NCBI RefSeq assembly: GCF_009914755.1
Contig: NC_060929.1
Origin: the human T2T-CHM13v2.0 reference genome, Homo sapiens
Direction: 5' to 3' (one strand)
Length of the DNA: 64,000 nt
A program made the position numbers and the translations under genes. A model generated the notes under the pieces. It did no database searches. It worked only from the letters and a program-made list of their open reading frames with translations, and was not told the DNA's origin. Below are positions 1-14,770 of this stretch, in pieces (the stretch's first letter is position 1; every line of letters begins with the position of its first letter).

Positions 1-288
1 AAAGCATGTTTCTGTTTTCTCGGAAAGGCAAATACAAACAAAAATTGTGGTGTAATATTATTTTCAGTCTTGTTAATCCAAACTTTGGAGGTGTGGCTCA
101 AAAATTACTCATTATTTAATAACTGCAAATAAAAACGAAAGTGGGATCTAACCTTTTCACTTATAGCAGAGATGTTTAAGAAGTTCCATAATGTCCAGTA
201 ATATCAAGAGTCTGGGAAATGCAAATGTTATAATCTTTTGGTCACTGTTTAAATAAATTATGCAACTTTTCTAGAGAACAGTTGATGA

Positions 289-910
<622 letters not shown>

Positions 911-959
911 AATATCTAGCAATATTGTAATTGCTCTATTTTTGACCTAGTGATCATAA

Positions 960-3100
960 GAAGTGAGTAGAGAATAATCATTTTACTACTGTTAAAAAAA
1001 AATGAACATGTATTCAAGTGAAGTCAACCAATTAAACACATTATGAGTTATCTATAGTTAAAAAAAAGCAAAAAAAAAAAACCTGCATTCATTAAATAAA
1101 GGAAGTAAATATCTAAGGGCTAAAAAAATATTTTCCAAGACATATTAGCGAACACAGTAAGGTACAGAGTAATGTGTATATGAATAATATGGTTGCCTTT
1201 GTAAAAAAAATTTATAAATTCAATATATAAATGACACATAGAAAACTTTGAGGAGGAGCTGGGTGAGAGTCCATATTTTACTTCATTTACTTTGCCTCCA
1301 ATTATTTATTATATTTTGATTTTCATATTATTTATTTATATATTTACTTCAATTGTGGTCTCCTGGGAGATAATTTTCATGTTTTTTTTTTCATTTTTGT
1401 CATTATACTTCTCTATTTCTATAGAATTTATTAAATGTTATATGAGCATATGAATAGTACAAGAAAGAGTGAGGAAAAGGTATTCAATCAATATTGCTGA
1501 AATTTTTTAATGATTGGGAAAAATCAGTTCAAAACCTTACCTAATTGTACAAATTACCTCATATTATGCATTTATTAATTCCAGATGGAGCAAAGTACCC
1601 TTTAAAACAAGCTGAAATATACTATAAGATACATCTATCAAACACTAAAAGAATGATAATTTATTAATCTTAGAGGTCTAACAGAAATTATAACAACAAA
1701 CTATCCACACTAGAATAAAGAATTTCTTAGAGATCTTACAAGGAAACTCCCCAGCAATAAGTCTGACAAATAATATATCAAGAACACCAAAAATATACAG
1801 CTTAGTTAAAGGCAAAAATCAGATACCCCTTGCCAGAAACAAGGAGGGAATTAAAGCCATATATATGATAGAAATGTGAGGGTCAGGAGAAAGTAGTTAA
1901 AACCAGGGATAGTTACACATAATCAGAGCCTATTGAATGTGCCTGTGAAATGCTGGGATATAAGGCTAGACCCCACCTTTTAGAGGGCTGTTGGACATGG
2001 GCTTCCTGCAACAAAGCCTGAGTTAAGAGGAGAGTTTCCATTTTTGAAACAGCAACTAAAAAACTACCATTTGACTCAGGTAGTCGGATCAAACTAACTA
2101 CCTGGGTGGCATCGTGGCAGGCTGCCTACTGTGGTCCCTGGGTGGAAAAATAGTCACTGAAGAAAAATCAGATGCCACCCACACCTGTGAAGATCTGGGT
2201 CTCTGGAGACAGTAACATGAAAATTGAAGTAGAACAAATATAATTCCTTGAGCCCTGACAGAATTAAAAACAAATTCTGCCCATGGGAATGTTTACAAAC
2301 TTGTGGTAGCTGCAAAACTTTTAGAGAAGCCAGCACACACTGAAATTAAATAAACCTCTAGTGAAAGTCAGAAAAAAGTATGTGAGAAAAAATAACAACA
2401 ATAAGGTGTCCACTAAAGCAGAAAGGAACTCAACTCATTGCATATAAACACTGTTAATTTAGTTAATTAGACAATTAGCAAGGAGTTTTAAAAATCATGA
2501 CTAAAATCCATGATGAAAAATTTGTTTCATTAAAGATGCCAAGAGAACAAAATATCATTAAATGAAGAAACAACATTAAGGAGAAAACACCTATGGTTCC
2601 AGTAAATGAACAGGCAGAGACCACGAATTAATAAATTACAAAAAAGTTAAAGTGCTATTAGGAACATATAATCAAGAAAGTATCCAAACTAAAAGGGACA
2701 AATGATACATGAGATAAAATAATGAGTAATTCTTTTTACACAAATCTAATTAGCAAAATATATTAACCAACACTGTCAACAATTAGCTGTAAATGAATAC
2801 TCTCACAATTACATTTGTGTGTGTGTAAAATGCCACAATGCTTCTGAATAGGATTTTTTGACAACGTACATATGAAACAATCAATGATTTATTTCTTAAT
2901 TCATTTTCTAAAAGCCTGCTCAATGAAATGTGAATGCTAAGTATCCTGTAAATTTAAATATATTCATAGTTTTACCATGTATAAAAATGTTTTATAATAT
3001 GGGAACAAGATATGTAAACAAAATTACACATATTCAGTGGATTATTGCCTGGATTCAAAAAACACTGTATACAGAAAACACATAAAAATGTCTAGTACTA
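960..3100 (+). mobile_element. Highly decayed L1M(E)-type fragments
   Basis: A-rich segments resembling L1 ORF2/3' UTR (e.g. TACCTCATATTATGCATTTATTAATTCCAGATGGA near 1555-1590); boundaries uncertain. Confidence 0.4.
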
Positions 3101-3542
3101 GCCAAATTCCTCATGAATAATTGTTCACTTGTTGAATAAATTAACAAATAAAAGAGTAAATCTATAAAATTAAATGAGGTATAAAGTTGGGGTGGGAAAT
3201 GTAGGAAGGTTGTAATACCCTCTCATCTAAAATAAAAATAAGAATATTTAACGTTTTTAAACTGAAGTCTTTTAATTATAAATCTATTAATTAAAGTATT
3301 CATTAATTTATGAAGTTAATTTAGTAAACACAGAAAATGTTATTTATCCCCTTTATTGTTAAATGATTTCAAAGTAGATATTATTTTATAATAATCAAAA
3401 GGGCAGATAATTTTTTAAAACCCTATTCAGAATGCTTACCCTTTAGAAAAATAATCATATTTACTAATATCCCCTACATATTAGATTCTTCTTTTAGTCT
3501 GTAACTTTCTTCAATGGTTATGTTATAAAATTCCATACCATT

Positions 3543-3917
3543 TGATATGGTTTGGTTGTATTCCCACCCAAATCTCATCTTGAATTGTAACTCCCAGAGT
3601 TCCCATGTGTCTTGGGAGGAACCCCATGGGAGGTGATTCAATCACAGGGACGGGTCTTTCCTGTGCTATTCTTGTGATAGCATATGAGTCTCACAAGATC
3701 TGATGATTTTTCAAAGAGGAATTCCCCTGCACAAGCTCTGTCTTCTCTTTGCCTGCTGCTGTCCATGTAAGAGGTGACTGGCTCCTCCTTGCCTTCCCTG
3801 ATGATTGTGAGGCTTCCCCAGCCACGCAGAACTGCAAATCCATTAAACCCCTTTTCCTGTATAAATTGCCCAGTCTCAGGTATGTCTTTATCAGCAGTGT
3901 GAAAATGGACTAATATG
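3543..3917 (+). mobile_element. THE1 solo LTR (ERVL-MaLR, THE1B/C-like)
   Basis: Starts TGATATGGTTTGG, ends GGACTAATATG (terminal CA altered); perfect 5-bp TSD CCATT at 3538-3542 and 3918-3922. Confidence 0.95.
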
Positions 3918-4306
3918 CCATTAAAGTACAAATATTGTCCTGCAATATCTTTATTGTCATTTTCATGTCCTTTCTTTTGTTCTTTCCTCAACTCTTCCTC
4001 ACCTTTTGCCAGCTGTTGTCATTACAGAAAAACTCATGCTGTTTAAGCTACTCCCCCTTCAAATTAATGAAATTCGTTTTGACAAGACCAATATTTCCTT
4101 TAACGGGATCTGATTCTTCTGTTAAATGTTGGAATTCCCTATAGTTCTGCCGTTACCCATTTTCATCCCATCACTACAAACTCTTCTCCTCAAAGTTCCC
4201 CCATTTCTCTGATGTTTAAGAACTTTGTGTGATTAATCCCCACATCCTGGAGTGAGGAAAACCACTTTCCTTCCAAAATTTAGTGGAGATTTTAAAAGAT
4301 GATTTG

Positions 4307-4590
4307 TGCCAGGCACGGTGGCTCACGCCTGTAATCCCAGCACTTTGGGAAGCCCATGGAGGCAGATCACTTGAGGTCAGGAATTGGACATCAGCCTGGT
4401 TAACATGGTGAAACCCCACCTCTACTAAAAATATAAAAATTAGGCAGGAGTGGTGATGGGAGCCTGTAATCCCAGCTACTTTGGTGGCTGAGATAGGAGA
4501 ATGGCTTGAACCCGGGAGGCGGAGGCTGCAGTGAGCCGAGATTGCACCAGAAAGTCCAGCCTGGGTGAAAGAGTGAGACTGTGTTAAAAA
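4307..4590 (+). mobile_element. Alu (AluSx/Sz-like)
   Basis: GCCAGGCACGGTGGCTCACGCCTGTAATCCCAGC... full dimer. Confidence 0.95.
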
Positions 4591-4666
4591 GAGAGAGAGA
4601 GAGAGAGGAAGGAAGAAGGGAGGGGGGGACGGAAGGAAGGGAGGGGGGGAAAGAGAGAGAGAGAGA
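4591..4666 (+). repeat. GA/GGAA-rich purine tract derived from the Alu tail
   Basis: (GA)n, GGAA and G-runs seen directly. Confidence 0.9.
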
Positions 4667-4839
4667 ACTCTGATTTGGAAAACATCTCTCTAGTTCTAAT
4701 ATTTTGGAATCTCTTGTATCTCTAAATTCAATACTGACTTCTATCCAGGCCTCGTTTTGTATATCCAGTCTAATTCCTGGAAGTTCACATATTATTTGAA
4801 TTTTTTGGAAAACCAGTGCCTCTAATGCAACACATATCT

Positions 4840-5740
4840 ATGCTGTCTCCCAAATTTATAACTCCAGCCGTGATCTGAGCTCTGGACCAAATACTCAAAA
4901 GTATACTCTGTGTTTCCAATTTAGATGACTCATAAAGATCCTAATCAAACATGTCACAGCATGGCTCATGCCTGTAATCCCAGTACTTTGTGAGTGCGAA
5001 TAGGGGAGGATCCCTTGAGGGCAGCAGTTTAAAACCAGCCTGGGTAACATAGGGAGAACCCATCTCCACAAAAAATTTAAAAATTAGCTAGGCATTCTGG
5101 TGCATACCTGTAGTCCTAGCTACTTGGGAGGCTAAGGTAGGAGGATTGCTTGAGCCGAGGAGATCAAGGCTGCAGTGAGCCACGATCATGCCACCACACT
5201 CTAGCTTGGGCAACAGAGTTAAACCCTGTCTCAAAAACAAACAAACAAAAAACATGTAAGAACAGAACAGAACAGAACACTTGACGTATTTCTCCCATAC
5301 CTAAATCCTTTACCATTGTCACCTCTCAGTAAATGGCATGATCATGCACTCAGTGTGTCAGGTAAAAAGTCTGCAGATCACAAAGGCATCCATTGCTCAC
5401 CATGTCCATCACTGTCACCATAAGTCAAACCATAATCTCTCTTACAAAAACTATAATAGCTCACTCTCTGCATCTACATATGTCTACCAGAATTTATTCT
5501 TTCCATGAGGCAAAGCAGATTAATGTGTTCTCTTACTCTACCCCACCAACACTTTCTCATCACCAGCATCATAAGATTAGGGTTCCTTCCCATGGGTTAC
5601 AGGATCTCAATAATCAGCCTCTTGCCTACTCCTGGGGCACGGCTTTTATTCTTATCTAAATTCACTCTAAGTAAGTGGCCATCTTACTTTTTCTCTAACT
5701 TGCTGATCTTTTTCTTGCTTTAGGGTCTGGAAACATTTCC
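4840..5740 (+). mobile_element. L2 fragment interrupted by AluJ
   Basis: ATGCTGTCTCCCAAATTTATA..., AAACATGT..., CTCTCAGTAAATGGCA match the recalled L2 3' region. Confidence 0.7.
4957..5251 (+). mobile_element. Alu (AluJ)
   Basis: GGAGGATTGCTTGAGCC and GGCTGCAGTGAGC J-type; (CAAA)n tail; TSD AAACATGT at 4947-4954 and 5250-5257. Confidence 0.92.
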
Positions 5741-6330
5741 ATCTCCAGCCCTTGGCCAGATGTTGATAACCCTCCTTCCTGAGCCCTATGCTTTAGAAGA
5801 CCCTGATGATCACAAATTAAAACAGAAAATGTTTCTTTTCTCCTTCGGAATAACAGGAGTTGTTTTGTTTGTTTGTTTTTTGTTTGCTTGTTTGTTTTCA
5901 GTTTTTAAAAGCTCAGTAACCCAATGGGGCACATATGTTTATGGGCCAGTGATCGCCCCAAAGCTGAACTGGGATGTTCAGACCAAAGCTTGTAAGTCTG
6001 AAAGAGCAAAAAAGGTGAGTATGTATGATTGGGTTTGGGTTTGTGTAAGTGTATATGAGCGAGTGTATGGCTGAGTGCAATGAAAGTGTGTAAGAGTATG
6101 TGAGACTCTGCGTTTGTGCAGGTGTGTGCACTTTTGCACACGTGTGTAGGAGTAAAGGCAAAAAGGAGAAAACCACAGGCTCTGGAGTGATAAACCAGAA
6201 AAAAGAGGAGGCTGCGGTTTCCATTTGTTTACCCCAAATCCCTCAACTATGTATGTAGTAAAACTTATTTTCTGACCTCTGCTAGGTTTTTGTCACTTTA
6301 CAGACATTTACAACTTTTTGCAAATTCTGA

Positions 6331-6669
<339 letters not shown>

Positions 6670-6939
6670 TGCTCCCTGGGAATCTTGATTGGATAGCCCA
6701 GGCTCAGGAGAGTTCTGTGTTTGATCTTGATCCCCACAGATCCAGGCTGCCCCTAAGCCTCATACTGGCATGAGATGAGTATAGAATTGGAACCTTGACA
6801 GCCCGTGAGCATGAATTCTGTTAAAATTTTAACTGTTTAGCGAGATGACATGTTGCTCTCCATTTGTACTCTTACATCAGGTGCCTGGCATGTGAGAGGA
6901 TGGCCTGTCAAGAATCCCCCCATCTGAAAGCAATTCTTC

Positions 6940-7256
6940 TGGGCTATCATCTCCCGTGGCTTGTTCAAATCCACTTAATGTTCCTTCCAATGGACTTCCA
7001 TGATGAAATCAACTAAGAGTTCTCTTCCCACATCCTGTCACTCTCTGTCTGCATACTTTGCATTACATTCATTTTCAGTCACCTCTACCTGCAATATATT
7101 TTAATATTTTGTTAAAGAGTTCATTTTCCATCTCTTGCACTCGAATATGGGCTTAATGAGGGGAGGGACTTGGTCTTTCTTGTTTACACCATTCATCAGT
7201 GCTTAGAATAATATCTGGCACATAGTAGTTGTTCAATAAATATTGGTTGAATGAAA
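6940..7256 (+). mobile_element. L2 3' end
   Basis: ...TCTGGCACATAGTAGTTGTTCAATAAATATTGGTTGAATGAA is the typical L2 terminus. Confidence 0.8.
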
Positions 7257-8817
7257 TAAAACAATGGATATAATTTCTAAGTGCATGTAATATCTAATAT
7301 TATGTCTAAAGAACATCTAATGACTAAATATAACCAGTCTCTGTAACCAGTTTCACCCATCCCTGAAATCAATTTTATCAAAGATCACTAGATCCACCTA
7401 CTAAGTTATTGATGGGATCATGACTCTTTTTCCTCTGAAAATTTGCAGAAATTTTATTTTGTTTTATTTAGGTTTCTAAACAAATCATCAAATCATCTGT
7501 AATGATTCATAAGATTCTTAATGCTTTGATAGAAAAGGTCCCCTTCCTTAGTCTGATGTTCTGGGCCTCCAAAATTTAGATTAGAATTTCCTGATTTCAG
7601 CCTTAGTCTTCTGGATACTTGCAGTTAAAATGGTTTTGCTTCATCTGTGAATGAGGACCCAATACCCCCACCAGTGAAAGCTCTACTCTCAGGCAAGCAC
7701 AGGATCTCCCAGGGAGAAGAGTCTTTGGTTCTTTTGAACAACTGGGAAGTACATGCCAGCTTCACAGAACTAAAGTAATTGGTATCTAAATGGCTCTTCA
7801 GCATATTCAACCTGTGTGATTTTGTCACCATATAACCATCCTTACACAAAGAGAACACTCAATACATACATGACTCTCCAACATATCTTTACATTCCTCA
7901 CTTTAAGGACATATAACTATTAATTGCATAATCATGCATCTCTTTCAAAATTATATATTCAATAATGTGGCTTCTCTATTCTTTATTGATAGACACACTA
8001 AAATAGTTAAATAACACAAAAATGCCTCATTTGGCAGGTAATTCACTCCTTAAATACAATATTCAGTTTTTGGAAAGCTCAGTAAGAATTCTCAATAGTT
8101 ACTACTAATAAATGATATACCAGTCCCCTTCTTGAGAATAGCATTTATTTGACTTTTATAAAAACATTGTATACTAAGTAGTTCTCCATAGCTTTGTTTT
8201 ACTTACCTATAGTGTTTTTAGTAATATGTATACTGGTTTGAACCTATAAAACATTTTTATCTTAATTATTGTTAATTTTATGTAAAATTTATAATAAAAT
8301 GTTTCATCCAATAAATAATTTATATAAGTAGATACAGCTATTGTCATATGGACTCAACTATATAACTAGAAAAAGACATAAATGTGGTTTTTAGATAGAT
8401 ACAGATATACACACTCCCATATCCTCTCAAAAGTGCTGAAGTGTTTATAATGTCTAACATATTGGAAGTAATTAGAATAATCTCACATGATACACTTTCT
8501 ATGTTCCTTTCACACAATTGAATATTTTTAACTGTTTACATTGCTGATTTACTTCTAGTAAATTACATATTCCCTAACTTACTTGAGGATTAGGGTTACC
8601 TGTGGTACTTAATAAATGTTCTAATTCTTGGGCCCCAATTCAGATCACCTTAATCAGAATATTTTGAGGGTGAGGGGCTGGAAAAATTATCATCATCAAG
8701 AAGGTAGACAAAACCACTGCTCCTGCATAGCACATGCCACCACAGAGCACCTCAAAGTATACTCTCCACCAAGTGAAGAGCAAACAAATATTTTTCAACT
8801 AAAATTTGAATGGTTCT

Positions 8818-9248
8818 TGTTTATGTTTGCTAGGACTGCCATAGAAAGTAGAATAAACTAAGTGACTTAAACAACAAATTTATTGTATCACAGTTCTGGA
8901 GGCTAGAAGTCCAAAAGCAAAGTGTTGGCAGGTTGGTTTCTTCTGAGGAATGTGAAGGAAAGATGTGTTCTGGGCCTCTCTCCTTCTCTTGTAGAAAGCT
9001 GTCTTCTCCCTGTATCTTTTAAAATCACCTTCCAGTTAAATCATACATCTATGTATGCATGTGTCCGAATACCCTCTTCTTATAGGTATACAAGCCATAT
9101 TGCATTAAGGCTCACTCCAGTGACTTTATTTTAACTTGACTCCTTTGCTCAATAAAGACCTTATTTCCAAATACGGTGGCATTCTGAGGTACTGGGGCAT
9201 TAGAACCTCAACAGATAAATGAGGGGAGGTTTACTTCAACCTGTAACA
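8818..9248 (-). mobile_element. MLT1 LTR (MLT1B/C-like, ERVL-MaLR)
   Basis: CACAGTTCTGGAGGCTAGAAGTCC, CATTCTGAGGTACTGGGG, ends CCTGTAACA. Confidence 0.85.
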
Positions 9249-9980
9249 GGTTCAATGGCAGTCATTTTCCAGTGTTATCTATACTGACTTTTAGTGGTGT
9301 ATATTCTCCAGTCATATTTTTTCTCAACTTTCTTCCTTTACCATTCATTATAGGGAAATCATGAATGTGCAGCAGCTGATGATGGGACCAAAGTCAATGT
9401 GTCCAAACACTCTCCTTGGTAGGAAACACAAAAGTCCTTACTGTGCAATCTCATAGCAAAGTTTCTAATATTTTCCTGCCAAAACTTCAGGAAAATTCCT
9501 CAAAGCCCTGCAATGTTTATCCTTTCACATTTGACATAAGTAAGTCTGCATGTCTTTTTTCTTCTTCTTCTTTTTGGGAAAATATCAAGAACTCTTAAGA
9601 CAAGAAAATGAAATCTGCTGAGTTAACCCTGGCAGAGGTGAAAAGTCAAAGATGAAGAGCAGCCTTCTGGTGTAGAAACTTTTGTCTTGATGAATAATTG
9701 ATGGGCACCGAGAGCACAATTTGCTGCTTCTAAGCATGCAGCCCTGACATGGTATGGCATAGGAATCTCGAGGGTAAAAGGATTCTTACTTTATAAGCAA
9801 ACATCTTGAGAATCAATATTAGATTCTGAAGTTTTCTTATGTAGTTGGCTTAAAAGAAGAATGGATTATGAAAGTTAGGAAGCCATTTTCTTATAAATTT
9901 AGCTGTACTCCCATTATTGAGACTTAAAATTTTTAGTTTTTTTCTCCTTATTTTTCCATTTAATGAATGATTGTTACAAT

Positions 9981-10319
9981 TATTTTTATTTTATTTTATT
10001 TTATTTTATTTTATTTATTTTATTTTATTTTTGGTAGAAACAGGGTCTCACTGTTTGTTGCTCAGGCTGGAAAACAGTGGCGTGATCATAGCTCACTGCA
10101 GCCTGGAACTCCTGAGCTCAAGCAATCTTCCCGCATCAGCCTTCTGATTAGCTAGGACTACAGGCACATGCCACCCTGCCTGGTTAAGTTTTAAAAAATT
10201 TTTGTAGAGATAAGGTCTTGCTATGTTTCCCAGGCTGTTGTTGAACTCCCAGTGTCAAGTGCTCTTACCTAAGCCTCCCAAAGTGCTGGCATTACAAGCA
10301 TGAGCCACCTTGCCCAGTC
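9981..10319 (-). mobile_element. Alu (AluJ) with (ATTTT)n tail
   Basis: Pentanucleotide tail 9981-10032, then GATCATAGCTCACTGCAGCC J-type body. Confidence 0.92.
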
Positions 10320-10449
10320 TTCTTTTCTATTTTATAAGGTAGATGATAGTCATCAGATTAATTGGTAGATATGAAGCTATAATATCTATATATTAAAGCT
10401 TTTCAGTGTAGGGCACTTCTGAGCCCTTTTTTTTCCATCATACTCTCCT

Positions 10450-13065
10450 GGCAAAACCTTAGCGCTTTTTTTTTTTTCTTCAACACTCCTGCTACTCTGC
10501 ACCCGTATCTGAAAAACTAAATTTGTGTGGAGAAAAACAATGATCATGGTGAATATTCTTATTTTTAATTTAAGGGCATGTCCCAGAAGTGGACCCTTAA
10601 TGCTACCTGGAATCCAGCTAGATTTCTCTAATCAATTCCCTCTCTCACTTTCAAAGGAGAGAAATCCACAACTCTTTTCTTGTCAAGCTTCTAGGATAAT
10701 CTTCTCTTTCTCGGTTGATGAACTTACTCCTAGTTCCCTAGAAAACAGGAAGCATTCAGGAGAAAAATTGCACCTGTTCTTTCAACACCCAGTGAACAAT
10801 CTCCCTAAAGGTATGAATGTTCTCCTAACACGTGGGTGTTCTGCCAACAACCAATCGACAAGCTCTCTGCAGGTTTGTATGTATATGCATTTCTGCACCT
10901 TGCTTCCTATTAAGATTTTTCATTCTCTTCTCTAATTTCAGTACCTCACTGTCCCTTCTGCATGAGATCATGTAATCTCTGTCCTACTCAAACACTCTTA
11001 CAATAGCCTTCCATATTCCATTCATCATTGTTTTGTTTACTTTCTACTGACTCATTATTGTAAATATAAAAATATTTTGCAATACTATTTCCTATCTTAA
11101 AATATTTTCTTGATCCCCCATTTCCACTCCACATACAAGGCTACATTTGTTTCAACATTTGATAAAACTTCCATGGGGGGAAAAAACTGTATCTTCTGTC
11201 TCCAATTCAATCTTTGGTCATTTCCTCTGGAATAAATTCCAAATAATATTTTATCCCCATTCCTCAGGTTAGGGTCTGTTCAAGGTTACCAATGACTTCA
11301 CATGGCTACCAGTTCTCAGTCATTGCCTTGCTCTAACAGCACCATATGACACAAATCAGTGACTCCTATTTTCTTGTTTCCTTTATTTAGTTGACAGAAC
11401 ACCCTAATCTCTTATTTTTCAACTTTGTAGATTATTTTACTCCAGATTGTGTTGCTGGATCTGTTAAAGAAATAGTTCTTCTGGCTTTTGTTAAAATGCT
11501 AAGGAAGACTTTATTCAAGAGAAGTGAGATCACGCTCAATTCTGGACTCAGAAAAGGCACCTGAAGATTTATAGTCAAGGAGAACAGTAAGAAGGTCACT
11601 GGGTAGAAAATTACTGAGAGGAGACACCCAGGGTAAGGGAATTCTTTCTAAACCAACTGAATCAGATTCTTACTGAAGCAGGTGAAGGACTGATATGTCA
11701 AGGGTGGAAGACTAGAAACATGATCACATATCAGGGGTAATCAGATACTATGGGTGGGAGTATTCTTCCTAAATTAGTTTAAAAAATTCTTATTAAGTCA
11801 GAGCTTGGCAGGCTAAAGACAGGAAAGAAGTAAGGTCAAGGCCTAGTCAAAAAGAATGCCCAGAGAAGCCTGACTAAACTTTAGTCAATGAGAGAGTTTT
11901 TGCTAGCTGCCATTCATTTTTACAAAGTTCTGAGTTTTAGAATGCCCTAAGGATGAGTCTGCAGATCCTTCCTCTTCTCTCTCTAAATTTACCTCCTTAG
12001 CTGAGTTGATCCAGGACTGTGGCTGTCAGTGCCAACTATATTCTTCCAATTTCCACTTTTTAATTTCTAACCTGAACACTTTGACTAAACCTCAGACATG
12101 GATATCCAAATGGTTGCTAGACGTGTTAAGCTGGATTTCTCGTAGGAATTTAAATGCTAATATTTCCAAACTCTAACTCCAGATCTTCTACTCAAAACCA
12201 GCATCTCTGGCTTCTGTGTTTTTTCTCTCAAAAAAAAATCTATTATACTATGGAATTATCCTAGATACATCTCTATTTTATTCTCACATCCATTCTATTG
12301 AACCCTTGTAACTTTCTCTTCAAAATAGACCCAAAATTTTACCACACCCAGAAACATGATCTAGGTTTATGGTATCTTGAACTGCTATTGAGATGGTTAC
12401 ATCAGCCATCTACCAAGTCTTCCTATTTCCACATTTGTCTTCATGTAAAATATTCTTTATTCAGGAACCAGGGACATCCTTTTAAAATGCAAGTCATATA
12501 ACATTCCCCCTTTGCTCAATGGCCTTCAATAACTTTCCATTTTACAAGGATCTGTGGAATAAAAAACTCATTACCATGACCTTTGAGGCCCTACTTGATC
12601 TGTCCCTAGAATTCTTCATCCTCAGCTACTCCTGAAATTTTTTCCTTCCTTCTTTACTGTGTTTTGGCCACAATGGCTAATGAGCTTTGGGCATTCCATG
12701 ATTACTCCCACATCTGTGCCTTTGCACTGGATATTTACTCTTACAAATATTGTTCCTCAGTTCTGAATATGACTCAATTTCTCACTTAAACCACATCTCT
12801 GCTAACATAAAAATTTATTAAAAAGCCTTTCCCGAACTCCCTATATAAAGAGATCTCCATTCTGCTGCATCACTCTTTATATACTTACCCTGACTTATAT
12901 TGTTTATAAAATTTAAAGCACCTATTAACACACACTACATGTATTAAATATTATCTCTCTACTCTAAGTTAAATTACGAAAGGTATTTTGACTTTTTTAA
13001 CTGCTATATTCCAACACTCTAAAGCTTTCATGGTAAGTATAAAACATATTTATTGAATGAATAAA
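10450..13065 (+). mobile_element. Long decayed L2 split by a MER31 LTR
   Basis: CAAGGTTACCAATGACTTCCACATGGCTA, GATATCCAAATGGTTGCTAGAC, ending ATATTTATTGAATGAATAAA. Confidence 0.7.
11462..11905 (-). mobile_element. MER31 LTR (ERV1)
   Basis: Reverse complement reads ...AAAACTCTCTCATTGACTAAAGTTTAGTCAGGCTTCTCTG, like the MER31 5' end; other end TTTAACA. Confidence 0.75.
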
Positions 13066-13849
13066 AGTGCCTAAAGCACTCACCTTAGTTTAATATTTTC
13101 TATTTTGTAAAGTATATGTGAAGCATGGGGATAAAAACCCTTATGAATGATGATATAGAAGTAATGTTATTAAAATGGTAGAAAGAAGATGGTATAAAAC
13201 TAGGCCCAATTTTTATTAATTGCAAAAAATTTGAACAAAACTTTAATTTTGTAGGTGTGTCCTTAGTTTTAAAAGGTAAGTAAAGTCCTAACTAATGTGA
13301 TCACATTTATCATAGCCTTTCTAAATTACTATAATATGTGGATTTTATTTTTGTGAATTTCTAAGGTTTATAAATGGTAAGGCTGATATAGTGTAAATTG
13401 ATAGATATAGTGTAATGGAAAATCGGACTGACATTTCTCAGTGTCAACCTGTCTCCTTCTCAATAACATTATCTCAAAAAGTTGGGTTGAAATTCAATCT
13501 GAGTATAGAATAAAACCCTCTAAATTTGAAGAGAAAAATGCCCTGAGACATAGATAATTTGAATAACTGGCCCAATGTGATACAACCATTAAATGATGAA
13601 ACAATAGATGATGAAATACATGATGAAGCAAAAGCTCATCTTCTTACATAACACAGAGTATTGCCAGAGAGTTGGTCCATTTAACTAAGAATTTAGTAAT
13701 GAGTCACAAGGTATGATGTGATACTGCAGAGGATTACTTATTTTCTTTCACGAATATTTCCTGAAAAACAGAGAAGGATGTAATAATGCTGATGACTTCG
13801 TCAGAGAGTGAAGTGGCTGCAGGTTAGTGACAAAGAAATGAATTATGAC

Positions 13850-14290
13850 TGCAGCTGGGTCCCAAAGGAAAAGCCAAGAACTGTATTTTCAAATAATTGT
13901 AGCAGATCACCTGGACACATGGACTGATGGAGGAAGACACATGATGTCAGGGGAGTCAACCAAGAAAAACTGCAGAAATTAGACCACAGTGAATGATTCT
14001 CATCGGAGTGGCATGATCAAGAATAAAGAAATAAATCCAACTGAGTTCTGAAAGAAATGGATAACTGAGTGGTCAAATAGACAGCAATAGAAACTACTCA
14101 TGAGAAACTCCATAGGTGATTGTTAACATTAGAGTAAATCAATAGTAAAGGAGAATATTGGAAAGGGAATTAATCTGGTAGAGTTATGGTGATGAACAAT
14201 GATTATTTCCATTGTGAATGTGTAATTAAGTGGATACACATGACCAGAGAGACAGATAGCCTTAGCAGAGGAAAACTAAGATGATGCATA
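13850..14290 (-). mobile_element. Probable old L2 internal fragment
   Basis: Purine-rich stretch with loose resemblance to antisense L2; weak. Confidence 0.35.
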
Positions 14291-14417
14291 ATACATCAGG
14301 TTATTAATGGTCATATACAATACATAGATCAGAATGTGGATATTGATCATCACAGAGAAACGTCTTTCAATTTTTGTTTTGTTTACATGCATTATTGTAG
14401 AAAGCTGTCCCCAAAGC

Positions 14418-14770
14418 AGGTCCAACTCTCATATTTTCAGGAACCAAGCCATAGTACAAATAAAGAATCACATAGAATATTTCTCATTAGTAATAATTAA
14501 TGAACCAAACTAACAAATTATTACATACATTCTATTCTCCTATTTTTGACAAACCTTTATAACAGCTCTGAAGTCCAGGTTAGATAGATGAGGTCCCATC
14601 TCTACTACTAAGCAAAATCCTGGAAGCAAGTCCTGAATGGTTGACTAGAGGGGGTGTTTGCATATCTAGTAGGCACTTTGTCTTGAATTCTGGAACTCAT
14701 CCCCTCTTGGCAAGAGGTGGAACCAGGGAACATTCTGAGCAGGGAAGAAGACCCTCATCCTTGAATCTCA
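14418..14770 (+). mobile_element. MER115-like hAT-Tip100 DNA transposon fragment
   Basis: AGTACAAAT...AACTAACAAATT...TTCTATTCTCCTATTTTTGACAAACCTTTATAAC...GAAGTCCAGGTT follows the recalled MER115 5' end. Confidence 0.6.

Noticed and set aside
8198-8212. Isolated consensus splice donors (also 13272, 15757, 43772)
   Set aside because: No convincing partner acceptor; expected by chance in 64 kb.
13590-13630. Three ATGATGA box-C-like motifs (snoRNA?)
   Set aside because: No suitably placed box D or terminal stem. It looks like slippage at the edge of a MIR remnant.
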